Shown here in pieces: positions 9,852 to 20,129 of a stretch of 48,531 nt of DNA. Source of the stretch: Candidatus Heimdallarchaeota archaeon. Lineage in GTDB: Archaea; Asgardarchaeota; Wukongarchaeia; Wukongarchaeales; JBHIFL01. Both the position numbers and the translations under genes were made by a program. Under the pieces are notes generated by a model. The model was given only the letters and a program-made list of their open reading frames with translations, searched no databases and was not told where the DNA came from. Positions within the stretch are counted from its first letter, which is position 1. Each line of letters opens with the position of its first letter. Where the stretch lies: the NCBI GenBank assembly GCA_046761065.1, contig JBHIFL010000026.1, positions 1 through 48,531 on the forward strand, written 5' to 3'.

Positions 9852-10219
9852 TATTAAATTAAATAAGAGGATAGCGATAATAGAACATTAAGATAATATT
9901 TCGGCCAAGGAAGGAGCCAACACTCAGAAATTCTCATTGTTCATCAAGTTTTACAGCAATTTTCTTTTGGGATGCAATTGCTAAAAATATTTCCTCGAAG
10001 TCTAAGTATCAAAATGTCTTCTATATTATTCCTTGTAACTCTTCATATTGTGGCTTCTAGAGCCATCTACCGATCTGTGCGCGGCACTTCTATGCAGATA
10101 TCCATCAATTATCCTCTTCTGTTGTAAACCAAACGCAGAAAGATAGATATCCAACTGGGATCTGATGTTTTTTATCTCAATATTTATGTTCTTTAGTTGT
10201 TGAGTAGAGATATACATCT

Positions 10220-10231
10220 AAAAAAAGGGAG
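10220..10231 (-). terminator. Oligo-U tract downstream of dppA
   Basis: Minus strand reads CUCCCUUUUUUU about 30-40 nt after the dppA stop. Confidence 0.5.
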
Positions 10232-10261
10232 AAGGTAAGGTAAATACTCAGGTTCTGTTAG

Positions 10262-11917
10262 TTACGCAGCAACACGATCTTTGTAGACCCCGGTTATAGC
10301 ACCACCGTAGAACATGGGACTTAGGTTAAGACCTTCCACCCAGGTTCGCACGCCAACCTGCAATAATGGGTAGTAGACTATTGCAAAAGGTCCCCAATCC
10401 AAAACGCGTTCTTGTATCTCCATGTACATACCAACACGGGTCGCTTGATCTGGTTCTAGTGCTGCGGCATCCACCATCGCTGCAAGTTCAGGGTTTTCAG
10501 CCATGTTCCGCCATGCTAGCTGCCTGATCTTTGCCGTATCTTCGTTTGTTTCACAATGCGCAAATGGTTTGGCGTTTGCGTCAGGATCGGGATAATCAGC
10601 GCCCCACCCAGCCCAAATCATCTCATGGTTCTGCGCTCGATAGACCTGGTACATCTCACCCGAGACCATCTGGGTGACAGTCACTCTAATTCCAGCATCG
10701 GCTAAATCGCTCGCAATCTTGACAGCAATCTCATTCGCTGGCGGGGTGTTGGGACAGATCATTTCAACGTCAAATCCATTGGCATATCCTGCGGCGGCCA
10801 ATAGTTCCTTAGCCTTATTTATATCGCGATAGTAGGGCATTGCTGGGTTGTGACCTAACATACCGTATGGTAGGAATGTCTGTCCTTTTACGGCGCCCCC
10901 ACCTAAGATTTCATTAATGATTCCATCATAATCGATGGACCAACGCACCGCGTCACGTACGCGTTCATCGCGAAATGGCTCGAACTTGTACATGTTCATC
11001 CCGACGTAAGCTACGTTGAATTGGGTAGTCCATTGGATGCGGATGCCTTGCGTGTTTCGTATCTCGTTAATTTGATCTGTTAGAAGGTCCCACGCGACAT
11101 CAATATCACCTTCTTGGAGCTGTAACATTTGGGTTGAAGGTTCGGGGATATCTTTGTAAATGACCTTCTTCACCCCAGGGGTCATCTTCCACCAGTTGTC
11201 GTTCCGCAACATTACGATTTCTACCAATTTGTCCCAATGATCAAGTTTGAAGCCGCCAGTTCCTGCATCGTGATCATTCAACCATGTATTACCCATATCC
11301 CCGTCCGGATATGCGTCTGTTTTCTCTTCATGTTCCATTGCCACCTTGCTATCTACGACTGATCCCACTGTGAAGGTTAAGCAAGACAAAGCCAAGAACT
11401 CGGCATATGCCTCATCAAAGGTTAATGACATAGTGTAATCGTCGATCTTCTTTATCCCTTCTTCAGTCAGACCAAGCTGCAATACCACCCAATCCGGTGC
11501 CATATCCAAGTACAATAGTCGTTTAAATGACCAGACAACATCATCGGCTGTCATCTTGTTCCCACTGTGAAAAGTCACATCGTTGCGTAAATGGAATGTG
11601 TAAGTTTTTCCGTCAGCAGAGATATCCCAAGACTCGGCGAGTGCAGGTTCTATTATCGAATAATCCTCTGGATTGGGTGCGACCAGTTGATCATATAAGG
11701 CAAAAACCGCCATACAGCTAGAGAACTCGTATGCTTGAGCTGGATCGAGCGACACTGAGTCGGAGGTATCCATCCCAATAACAAGGGTATCGGGATCGGT
11801 AGCAAGAGTAATTTCTTCCTCTTTTTGTCCAATGCAACCTGGAAGTAGTAGGACAATCATAATTAAGCCCAATGCAAGGATGTGTGTCTTTTTGTGTTTT
11901 TTCTGTTGTAACTGCAT
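10262..11917 (-). CDS. dppA: Peptide ABC transporter substrate-binding lipoprotein (SBP family 5)
   Basis: Lipobox-like LLPGCIG; SLDPA, LAESWDISADGKTYTFHLR, GTGGF and WGADYPDP. Confidence 0.95.
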   Translation of the reverse strand: MQLQQKKHKKTHILALGLIMIVLLLPGCIGQKEEEITLATDPDTLVIGMDTSDSVSLDPAQAYEFSSCMAVFALYDQLVAPNPEDYSIIEPALAESWDISADGKTYTFHLRNDVTFHSGNKMTADDVVWSFKRLLYLDMAPDWVVLQLGLTEEGIKKIDDYTMSLTFDEAYAEFLALSCLTFTVGSVVDSKVAMEHEEKTDAYPDGDMGNTWLNDHDAGTGGFKLDHWDKLVEIVMLRNDNWWKMTPGVKKVIYKDIPEPSTQMLQLQEGDIDVAWDLLTDQINEIRNTQGIRIQWTTQFNVAYVGMNMYKFEPFRDERVRDAVRWSIDYDGIINEILGGGAVKGQTFLPYGMLGHNPAMPYYRDINKAKELLAAAGYANGFDVEMICPNTPPANEIAVKIASDLADAGIRVTVTQMVSGEMYQVYRAQNHEMIWAGWGADYPDPDANAKPFAHCETNEDTAKIRQLAWRNMAENPELAAMVDAAALEPDQATRVGMYMEIQERVLDWGPFAIVYYPLLQVGVRTWVEGLNLSPMFYGGAITGVYKDRVAA

Positions 11918-11963
11918 GTCTTTTTTTCTCCTTTTTTTTTGAAAGGTAGTACATGAGATCGAC

Positions 11964-11971
11964 TATATAAA
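11964..11971 (-). promoter_or_regulatory. Candidate TATA box of the dpp operon
   Basis: TTTATATA on the minus strand 47 nt upstream of the dppA ATG, with an SD-like AAGGAGA between them. Confidence 0.5.
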
Positions 11972-12215
11972 TTATATGGCGAATGGGAGCATGGTGTTTT
12001 TAAGTACACATCTTTTTTAAGTGAAAACTTGAGTTATACCTTGGTCCAAGTGAAATCAAATCATTAGGCATCTGAAAACTGAATGCTATTAAAGCGTAAA
12101 CAAAAAAACCTCAATGCTTGAAACTCAGCAAACGACACCTAATTTTTAAACAGAAGTGGATTTTTGCCTTAGTTACAGTCCTAATTTGGAGTTTCGATAT
12201 AGATCAGGGATAAAA

Positions 12216-13430
12216 ATGACTGATGTATTAGTTCTTGGGGCAGGTCCGGCGGGATCCACATGTGCTGAGGTGTGTTCCCAAGCCGGGCTCGATGTGCTAG
12301 TGCTTGATAAACGGAACACAAATTGGGAGAAACCATGTGGTGGGGGGGTTTCTGAACGCGTTCTTAGGGAATTTAAAATCCCTACAACAGTTTTAGATCG
12401 GCACCCAATGACACTATTGCTTGGCGATGCGACAGGAGCTATAGTGACGATTGATGACAAGCCACAAGGCGGTACAGTGATGCGATCAAAGTTCGATTCC
12501 TACGTTGCGAGTCGAATTAGTGATGCTGGGGGGGAACTCCTTGAGAATTCCCCGGCCACAAATATTACGATGAAAGATGGTCGGATCACAAGTGTGATGT
12601 GTCAATCCCCTCAGGGCATGTTGAGACTCCAAGCAGATATTGTGATTGATGCAACAGGAACTCCTCCCTTCCTTGCTCGGAAACTTGGCATTTATCATGT
12701 AGATTTAAGCTTACAGATCGCTTGCTGTCAATACCACCTCGCAATGGCTGATGAACGGATCGATGAACTCATTGGAAATCGAATTGAGATTTATTTTGGG
12801 GACGCTATTATACCTGGGTTTGGGTATGCATGGATCTTTCCGAAGCGGGGGATTGTGAGTGTAGGAATCGGTGCCTTACGAAGAATTTTAGTAGAACGGG
12901 GTATAGATCTCAGAACACGGCTAGATTGGTTTAGAACTAAACATCCAATGGCATCCACAAAATTGAATGTGTCAAAGCAGGTATTGATGCGGCAAGCTCA
13001 CCTAATCGGAGTCACTGGGCTAACAACTCCAATCTATGGACCAAATTGGCTCATTACAGGAGAAGCGGCGGGATTCGTCTCATATGTGACGGGTGAGGGG
13101 ATCTACTACAGTATGGTTGCAGGACGAGAAGCGGGAAAAGCTGCGATAAGGGCGATTGAAGAAGAACAGATCACCAAGAAGACTCTGAAAACGTATAAAG
13201 CTACTACAGACCGCCTTATCGGGAGAGACATGCGATGGGGGCCTTGGTTACAGAAGATGTTCATGTCCTCACAGTGGAAACAGCAGAAGGCGCTGAAAGC
13301 TGCGAAAGATGATAAATTTTTTGCAATGATGATTGCAGAACTTATTGGAGGTAACATCAGTTATCGCACATTTTATCGGAAGCTATTTTGCCGACCAGAC
13401 AAACTAATCAAAGCAGCTCTCAAATATTAG
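12216..13430 (+). CDS. Geranylgeranyl reductase-family FAD oxidoreductase (DGGGPL reductase-like)
   Basis: GAGPAG, KPCGGG, IDATG, PGFGYAWIFPK (YxWxFP) and GEAAG..TGEGI. ATG12216 is preferred as start. Confidence 0.88.
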   Translation: MTDVLVLGAGPAGSTCAEVCSQAGLDVLVLDKRNTNWEKPCGGGVSERVLREFKIPTTVLDRHPMTLLLGDATGAIVTIDDKPQGGTVMRSKFDSYVASRISDAGGELLENSPATNITMKDGRITSVMCQSPQGMLRLQADIVIDATGTPPFLARKLGIYHVDLSLQIACCQYHLAMADERIDELIGNRIEIYFGDAIIPGFGYAWIFPKRGIVSVGIGALRRILVERGIDLRTRLDWFRTKHPMASTKLNVSKQVLMRQAHLIGVTGLTTPIYGPNWLITGEAAGFVSYVTGEGIYYSMVAGREAGKAAIRAIEEEQITKKTLKTYKATTDRLIGRDMRWGPWLQKMFMSSQWKQQKALKAAKDDKFFAMMIAELIGGNISYRTFYRKLFCRPDKLIKAALKY

Positions 13431-13774
13431 CACAAGCCAATCATCCCTCCAATATGGAGGAACCTCGCAATATGACCTCGCTGTGGCAGTCCCAGGGTTT
13501 CCTAGCTAATATTGTTCATCCTAGTAGAAAGTTTCTCTTTATGGGGGATTTAGTGTAATAAGTACATGCTCTCCGAATTTAAAACAAATAAAAGGTTGAA
13601 TAAAACTTTAATGATAATATAAGGCAAAATTATTTTATAAGCCTCTATTTCGTGGAATTGAAAGGGTCAAATCTTTTCCTTCAAGGGGTGTAAACAGAAA
13701 TTGTAAAATACTAAAAATCCTACCAGAGAAAAATGGATGCAATTTACTATTTCTATTATCATACGGACGTATGA

Positions 13775-15010
13775 TTGCCATTGCAACCTATAGAATATGC
13801 GCCAACACCTGTGACTGAGCTTTTGCGCGATATGAAGGATCTTTCTTCCCTAATTTTGGATCTAGGATTTGCTACCGTGCTTTTTGATGACGAGGAGCTG
13901 TACAAAGAAGTCCAACGGATTGAACGCCAAATTGACCATAAGAACCACTTACTCGAATTTCAAGTTATGTTGGCAGTTCGAAATGTCGACCAAGCAGAGG
14001 ATGCGCATTCGTTACTTCACGTCGCCTCAGCAGCTAACAGAATATCGGATGCAAGTGCAGATATCGGATCGGTTGTACGACGAAGATTAGGATTTCCGCG
14101 CTTAATCCGAGAGATCATGCAACGTACCGCAGAGCGTGTCGCCCGGGTGAGAGTGAGATCTGGCAGTCCCCTCCTTAAGCATACTATCTTTGAAATTATG
14201 TACAAATTCGGAACGGACATTATTGCGATTGAGCACCAAGGCGATTGGATTTTTCGGTTTCCAGATGAATTCAGACTGCAGCAAGATGATGTAATGCTTG
14301 CTCGGGCTAGTAATGAAGCGATCACTTTTCTTCGGGAAGCAGCAAAAGGCGAGATCGGGAAAATAACGCGTGAGCCCATCAGAATCACTCGACGTCGCCG
14401 CCTGATCCGGCCCAAACCCGATGAGGAGTTATCCTCCCTCGAAGAACGGATTGTCAAGATGATCACAATGCTCAAGGACCGGTCTGAACTTATGGTCGAT
14501 CTTGCATACTCCTCACTTTTGTTTGGGTCGAAGATCTTGGCAAATCAGGTTCAGAAATTGGAAGAAGTGATTGATCATCTTCATATTGAGACATCAATTA
14601 CAGCCTTAGATCTGTTAAACGAGGTAGAAATCGATCGGGAAGTACGAAAACGAGTTTATGGAATCATCCGTCTTGCTACATCCTTAGAAGAGATCGCAGA
14701 TGCCGCCACCACCATGGCCGAGCTCGTTTTAGGCGGTCTCACTGGTCATTCCCTATTAAAACAAATAGTTGACACTTCCGACGAAACAATAACGCTTCTT
14801 AAGGCAATGGATCCCATAGTCTTTAACAAAACCATCCATGAGTTTGAACTGGAACTTGGGGGAATTTGGGTCATCTCATTGCTTCGAGGAGACGATCTCC
14901 ATGTTGATCCCGCAAATGATTTTTTAATCGAAAAAGGAGACATTCTGACCTGTAAAGTCTTTGAAGAGGGCAGAAGTAAGGTCAAAGATCTTGTTGCAGA
15001 CATCCATTGA
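13775..15010 (+). CDS. Tandem (PhoU-like + TrkA_C/RCK_C)x2 protein (COG3273-like)
   Basis: Two repeats (MKDLSSLILDLGF / LKDRSELMVDLAYSSL; NRISDAS / EEIADAA), each followed by an RCK_C-like segment (DIIAIEH...LQQDDVM; WVISLLRG...IEKGDIL). Confidence 0.8.
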   Translation: MPLQPIEYAPTPVTELLRDMKDLSSLILDLGFATVLFDDEELYKEVQRIERQIDHKNHLLEFQVMLAVRNVDQAEDAHSLLHVASAANRISDASADIGSVVRRRLGFPRLIREIMQRTAERVARVRVRSGSPLLKHTIFEIMYKFGTDIIAIEHQGDWIFRFPDEFRLQQDDVMLARASNEAITFLREAAKGEIGKITREPIRITRRRRLIRPKPDEELSSLEERIVKMITMLKDRSELMVDLAYSSLLFGSKILANQVQKLEEVIDHLHIETSITALDLLNEVEIDREVRKRVYGIIRLATSLEEIADAATTMAELVLGGLTGHSLLKQIVDTSDETITLLKAMDPIVFNKTIHEFELELGGIWVISLLRGDDLHVDPANDFLIEKGDILTCKVFEEGRSKVKDLVADIH

Positions 15011-15069
15011 TTTTTTTGGTTGATATTGATTGGTTTATGATTTAACAAGGAGAGCAGTTGCTTTGTTAA

Positions 15070-15732
15070 ATGGGCCACCTTCTTGGCTCCCTTTCATGGA
15101 GGATTCTACCCATGAGCATCCGCAGGGAGTTCCGCGCATGGATGAAAAATGCCACCAGCAAGTCGAGTATGGAGAAGTTTTGGCGCGAAGCTTTGCTAGC
15201 CTTGTTGATTCTCGTTTTAGTTGATGCCATCGCCGGTACCGCCCTGGGCGAATTCACAGACATGTTCCTTTCAATACCAGGGCTGTTGATCCTCGTACCA
15301 GCGGTGGCAGAAATGCGGGGAAACATTTCGGGGATCCTTGCGGGCCGTTTGAGCACTGCTCTTCACCTTGGATCGATTTACCCAAAGTTACGTGGCAATA
15401 CCATAGAGTTTCAAGATAATGTGATTGCAACAGCCGTGCTTTCGGTTCTAACACCCATCGGAGTGGGTATAATTGCGTTCTTCTTTTCTAGGCTTTTTGC
15501 TTTTGACAAGAGCGCCTCCTGGGGTGTGTTTATTTTAGTCTCCTTGTGTGCGGGAGTGATTTCTGGGGTTTTCCAGACAATTATAACGATCATTTTTGCT
15601 TTTGTCACCTATAAACGCGGATTGGATCCTGATACCATCGTTTTTCCAATCCTGTCTTCTCTGGGGGATATTATTACCATTCTTTCATTAATTATCTCTG
15701 TCATTTTTATCAGCCAGTTTGGGAGGATCTAA
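15070..15732 (+). CDS. MgtE/SLC41-like integral membrane half-transporter A (COG1824-like)
   Basis: PAVAEMRGNISG (PX6GN), RLSTALHLG and GLDPD...SSLGDI. Confidence 0.85.
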   Translation: MGHLLGSLSWRILPMSIRREFRAWMKNATSKSSMEKFWREALLALLILVLVDAIAGTALGEFTDMFLSIPGLLILVPAVAEMRGNISGILAGRLSTALHLGSIYPKLRGNTIEFQDNVIATAVLSVLTPIGVGIIAFFFSRLFAFDKSASWGVFILVSLCAGVISGVFQTIITIIFAFVTYKRGLDPDTIVFPILSSLGDIITILSLIISVIFISQFGRI

Positions 15733-16312
15733 AGTGACTGAATATCCGAAAAAGTCCTTTGCGTTCCAAATTATTGGGCAAGCATTGCCCACCCTTCTTG
15801 GCACAGCTATTTTAGGGGTAAGCGCGGGTCTCCTTCTCGAATTGAGGGCTGAAACAATGGGTCAGTTTCCTGGGATTTTCATTCCGATTCCAATATTCAT
15901 GGCATTAACAGGCGGCATCGGCTCTATTGTAGGCTCTAAATTTACAACCGCCCATCACTTAGGGAATTTGACAACAGTGGAAGGAAAAATTGAGACATAT
16001 CTCGGTAATTCACTGATTATCGTAGTCACGGGAGCTTTCATCTCCCTCCTTATTGGAGGCCTAACGATTTTACTGGCTTCTGTCTTCTCACTCCCCTTAC
16101 CTGGGCTGAACCCTTATCTTACCACACTCCTGTTATGTTTTATAACGGGACTCGCCTGTACCCTCCTATCCGTCTGTGCGGCAATTTTAGTTGGTCAGTT
16201 TGCTTTCCGGAGGGGACTGGATCCTGACAACCTCATTATGCCTTTAGTGTCCTCTTTTGGAGATGTATTCGCTATTATTGTTCTGTTAACCACATTGCAC
16301 CTAATTCTGTAG
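15719..16312 (+). CDS. MgtE/SLC41-like integral membrane half-transporter B
   Basis: PIFMALTGGIGS, SKFTTAHHLG and GLDPDN...SSFGDV. The start may be GTG15734. Confidence 0.85.
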   Translation: MGGSKVTEYPKKSFAFQIIGQALPTLLGTAILGVSAGLLLELRAETMGQFPGIFIPIPIFMALTGGIGSIVGSKFTTAHHLGNLTTVEGKIETYLGNSLIIVVTGAFISLLIGGLTILLASVFSLPLPGLNPYLTTLLLCFITGLACTLLSVCAAILVGQFAFRRGLDPDNLIMPLVSSFGDVFAIIVLLTTLHLIL

Positions 16313-17019
16313 GCTTATAGGACTATCAGGATACAAGGACTAATTTAACGCTTATTCGTTCTTTTCATGAGATGGTGCTCTCCAACACAAACTCCCATTA
16401 TTTTGGGAGTAATCTTATCGTTCCTTTCATAGTGGACATTATAGATACACATCTACCTGACACTACCAAGCATAGAAGGGGTTTTGCATAATAGATCCCC
16501 CATATAATGATTGGTTGGGATTACAGCCTCCTTATAGGGGACTGTACTGTGCTTAAACACCCACTCTTTGAACGCCTCCACCACCGTAAAGAGCCAATCC
16601 ACGTACTCTAGGGCGTCTGGAATTGGCTGAGCACCTGCGGAGGGACATGCAGGGCTTCTAGTAACAAGATAGTCATGGCTCCCTGGTGCTTGACCGTGCT
16701 GAATTTCCAATCGAAAATAGGATCATGTTCGCACAAGTACTGTTTGGTGAAACCCGACTTGTCTGTCGTGTACGAACATTCGCGTAACCACAAATTCGGA
16801 CTGGACGAAATCAGAGGTCTTAATGGGAGTAATGAGGAGTCCGAGGGCTCAACCGCGGACGTGAAGCAGGAAAAAAATTATACACATAAAAGCACTGGTC
16901 CTCAGTGGCTTTCCACATCGGATGGAACCAAAACGGGACATTGATGCGTTGGAAGAAGCTCTGATTGTTATTTCTTTCTCTTGAACTTGATGATTAGACT
17001 GATAAAAGCTTCTATGATT

Positions 17020-17526
17020 CTAACTATCTGCTAGTTCTCTTGCCTTTTTTACAGCTTCAAGGTAGACCTCTTCCTTTAACCGAAACCCATGCTGAATGAG
17101 TTGGCCTATTAGCTCTAGAAATTCGTCTAAATTCAGTTCTTTCTTTTCGAGGCTCTTCAATAGCACAAAGAGGGTACTTAGCGGTTTCAAGCCCAACAAC
17201 CGAGTTGCTGTCCTCGCGGACACCTCGTCCACCAATACCTCGCTTATCTTCAACTTCTTTGCGAGAGAGATGGTGGCAACCTCCCCCGGATCGAGTTTGA
17301 TCGGGAGTTCCAATGGATCGGTACTCTGTACGTTAAGCCAACCCTTGTTCACAGCATTCTCAACAATATAGGCATCTTTTTTCCCCAGTACCTTTCCCTT
17401 GTTCACAACCTCGATTTTGACCTCTTCTGGGATGATAACCTCCCTAAAAATCTTTTTCAATAGGTCTAACTTACCAATTTTGGCTAGGTAGATTAAGGGT
17501 GCAGCATTAGAAACAATGGAGTTCAT
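17020..17526 (-). CDS. DUF3368-family PIN domain protein (VapC-like toxin)
   Basis: IVSNAAPLIYLAKIGKLDLL, IIPEEV, LDPGE and LVDE..AR. Confidence 0.88.
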   Translation of the reverse strand: MNSIVSNAAPLIYLAKIGKLDLLKKIFREVIIPEEVKIEVVNKGKVLGKKDAYIVENAVNKGWLNVQSTDPLELPIKLDPGEVATISLAKKLKISEVLVDEVSARTATRLLGLKPLSTLFVLLKSLEKKELNLDEFLELIGQLIQHGFRLKEEVYLEAVKKARELADS

Positions 17527-17823
17527 TTAGAAGTCCTTCATGTCTTCTTTCAGTTCTTCCAGCGTATAGGGTACGTGAATCTCTCTTTTCTTTACTTCAT
17601 CGATCATAACCCAGAGGGAGAGCCCACATTTACTCGCTGTCTGCCAAAGAGTTATCTTTCCCTCCTGATACTCCTCCAAACTCTTCTCAATTAGCCAGTT
17701 CCTCACGGCCTTGGTCAGAAACCTCCGGATGACTGTAGACCGATCCATTCCCTCTTCTTTCGCCACTTCGTCTATAGCCTTGGCTAAATCATCTTCAACT
17801 CTTGTAGTGATCGTGACGGGCAA
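17527..17823 (-). CDS. RHH + UPF0175 antitoxin
   Basis: N-terminal ribbon-helix-helix (ITTRV...MDRSTVIR) and YQEGKITLW..A..GLSL. Abuts the DUF3368 gene. Confidence 0.85.
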   Translation of the reverse strand: MPVTITTRVEDDLAKAIDEVAKEEGMDRSTVIRRFLTKAVRNWLIEKSLEEYQEGKITLWQTASKCGLSLWVMIDEVKKREIHVPYTLEELKEDMKDF

Positions 17824-18177
17824 ATCTATACCTCCGTATTAAAATTATTCATATTAATACTTAAATCTATCGTCTTGTGATGAGTCAAACAGGAATAAAT
17901 TCTCGTATCATGGATTTCTAGATGGTTATCCATCGTTTTCTGCTTGTACACAAGGTTCCTGCTAATACTAGATATGCGCCACCCACAGCCACTTCAATGG
18001 CTTAAAGGGAATGGCGGTTGAAGTAGTGACCATGGTTGACACAGGAATCCCTCTATTCTGTCTGCAGGAAACGCTTTCGGGATTCTTTTTTGAGGATTAT
18101 AGGTACCATTGACATTGGCATTTATATGGAGGTAAGCCAGTAAAATTCATAAAGACTACACTTAAATAAGCAGATGT

Positions 18178-18402
18178 ATGCCGATGAGAACTATTAGCAT
18201 CAACGAAGTGGCCTACAAGCGGTTGAAGGCCCTGAAAAGAGGTAATGAGAGTTTCTCAGAAGTTATACTCAGATACTTCCCTGCCCAGAAGAAACTCTCC
18301 GAAGTGTTGAATGAGATTAGGGCCGATCCAAAACTTGCTAAATCCATAAGAGAGGCCTTCGATAACATGCGACATGGGAGGATGAGAGATGTTGAACTCT
18401 AA
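18178..18402 (+). CDS. vapB: VapB-type antitoxin (COG1753/DUF217-like)
   Basis: RTISINEVAYKRLKALK..NESFSEVILR. Its TAA overlaps the next ATG (TAATG). Confidence 0.85.
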   Translation: MPMRTISINEVAYKRLKALKRGNESFSEVILRYFPAQKKLSEVLNEIRADPKLAKSIREAFDNMRHGRMRDVEL

Positions 18403-18791
18403 TGCCGGTGCACGACACGTCCTTTCTTGCGGGTCTCAACCATGGTAAGAATAAGGCCCCAATCCTTCTCTCAAGGCTCGGGAAGGACTGAAAACTACGA
18501 ACCACAGTTATGAACGCCCTCGAACTTTACAAGGGAGTATATCGCTCTAACAAACCCACTGAGAATTTAAACGAGATCATGTGGGTTTTGGAGATTCTAT
18601 CAGTACTTCTTATAGATGTTCCTGTCTATACCGTGTTTGGGGCATTATCTGCATCCCTTAAAACGAAAGGGAGACCTATAGGCGAATTCGATACCGTAAT
18701 TGCAGCGATCGTCCACTGCTATGATGGTAAGCTAGTAACGCGGGACACGCATTTCCACGAAGTGCCAGGGTTAGAAGTGATTGAGTTCTGA
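18402..18791 (+). pseudogene. vapC: VapC PIN toxin with in-frame TGA
   Basis: ATG18402 gives MPVHDTSFL...LGKD, then TGA 18489-18491, then KLRTTVMNALELYKG...GEFDTVIAA...LVTRDTHF, all in one frame. Confidence 0.85.
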
Positions 18792-18917
18792 TTTATTCCA
18801 GAGCAAGGTTTAGCGAGAAAGTACAAATGGTACTTTGATGCTTTTTAAAACATATGAAAACCATTTCAAAGGCCTAAATGGTTTTGCTAAAATAATCTTC
18901 TTTGAGAATAATTTTAA

Positions 18918-20027
18918 TTGGTGGATTCAATGGTTGATCCTAGAATTGAAAAACTTGCCAAACTGTGTGTTCAGTATAGTGTGGCAGTACAACCTAAAGA
19001 AAACGTGTTGATCCAAGGAATGGATTTAGCCTTTCCTCTAATAAATGAACTTTATAAAGAATGTCTCTTATGCGATGCCTATCCCGAGATTATCCCTCAC
19101 TTGGATGTAGACTACACGTTTTTTAAGCATGCAAAAGAGCACCAACTCCAATTTGTCTCCCCAATCTACAAGTTCGTCGTAGAAAATATTGATGTGCGAA
19201 TCAGTATATATTGCGACCTGAATCCCAAAAGACTCTCCACAATAGATCCCGTGAAAATGAAACTGCGTGCCGCGTCCCAAAGAGAGCTTTCGGACCTCTT
19301 TGATAAACGTGTGGCAGAAGGAAAACTCCGTTGGACCGTTTTCCCTTATCCTGCAATCGCTCAAGCTCAGGAAGCCGCCATGTCTCTCGAAGAGTACGAA
19401 GACTTCGTTTATAGAAGCTGTCTCGTGGATAAAGAAGATCCAATTGCTGAGTGGACGCGCATCTATCAGCAACAGGAGAAACTTAGGAAATTCCTTAATC
19501 AAGTCGGTGAACTCCGCATAGTGGGCGAAGATACCGACCTGAATTTCAATGTGCAGGGTCGAAAATGGATAAACGGTAATGGAAAAGAAAACATGCCAGA
19601 TGGTGAGATATTTACGGCTCCCATTGAAGATTCTACAAACGGCACAATACGCTTCACATTCCCAGGTCTAGTTGCTGGCAGAGAAGTTGAAGATATCACC
19701 CTTACCTTTAAAGAGGGCAAGGTTGTGAAGGCGTCCGCGGCTAAAGGTGAGGACCTGTTACTGCAACTATTGAAGATCGAGAGCGCAGACCGGATTGGAG
19801 AAGCTGCTATCGGGACCAACTATGGCATTACGCAATTCACAAAAAACATGTTGTTCGATGAAAAAATGGGTGGTACAATCCACATCGCTCTCGGGAATTC
19901 TTACCCAGAAACTGGTGGCCTAAACAAATCAGTAATCCACTGGGACCTCTTAAAAGCCATGAAAAAAGAGGGCGAAATCTACGCTGATGGTAATTTATTC
20001 TACAAAAATGGCGAATTTCTCTTATAA
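18918..20027 (+). CDS. M29 aminopeptidase (AmpS/aminopeptidase T family), copy 1
   Basis: NMPDGEIF, IGEAAIG, LFDEKMGGTIHIALGNSY and HWD. Likely start is ATG18930. Confidence 0.93.
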   Translation: MVDSMVDPRIEKLAKLCVQYSVAVQPKENVLIQGMDLAFPLINELYKECLLCDAYPEIIPHLDVDYTFFKHAKEHQLQFVSPIYKFVVENIDVRISIYCDLNPKRLSTIDPVKMKLRAASQRELSDLFDKRVAEGKLRWTVFPYPAIAQAQEAAMSLEEYEDFVYRSCLVDKEDPIAEWTRIYQQQEKLRKFLNQVGELRIVGEDTDLNFNVQGRKWINGNGKENMPDGEIFTAPIEDSTNGTIRFTFPGLVAGREVEDITLTFKEGKVVKASAAKGEDLLLQLLKIESADRIGEAAIGTNYGITQFTKNMLFDEKMGGTIHIALGNSYPETGGLNKSVIHWDLLKAMKKEGEIYADGNLFYKNGEFLL

Positions 20028-20129
20028 CATGATTTCGGGTGAAATATCAACTGGAACATCGGTAGTTTTTAATGGCTTGAAAGTCTGCTCAAAAATTTGA
20101 AGTCAATCTCTTTTTTTTAAATTATATGT

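Noticed and set aside
13455-13505. SECIS-like hairpin after the GGR gene
   Set aside because: Weak stem, no matching SECIS core, and no in-frame TGA at a Cys position in adjacent genes.
17975-18090. Nested hairpin (CGCCA..AGCCA/TGGCT..TGGCG) and a THSHF metallo-beta-lactamase-like peptide between the TA modules
   Set aside because: The stems are short and interrupted and the peptide motif is incomplete; neither can be distinguished from chance or a gene remnant.
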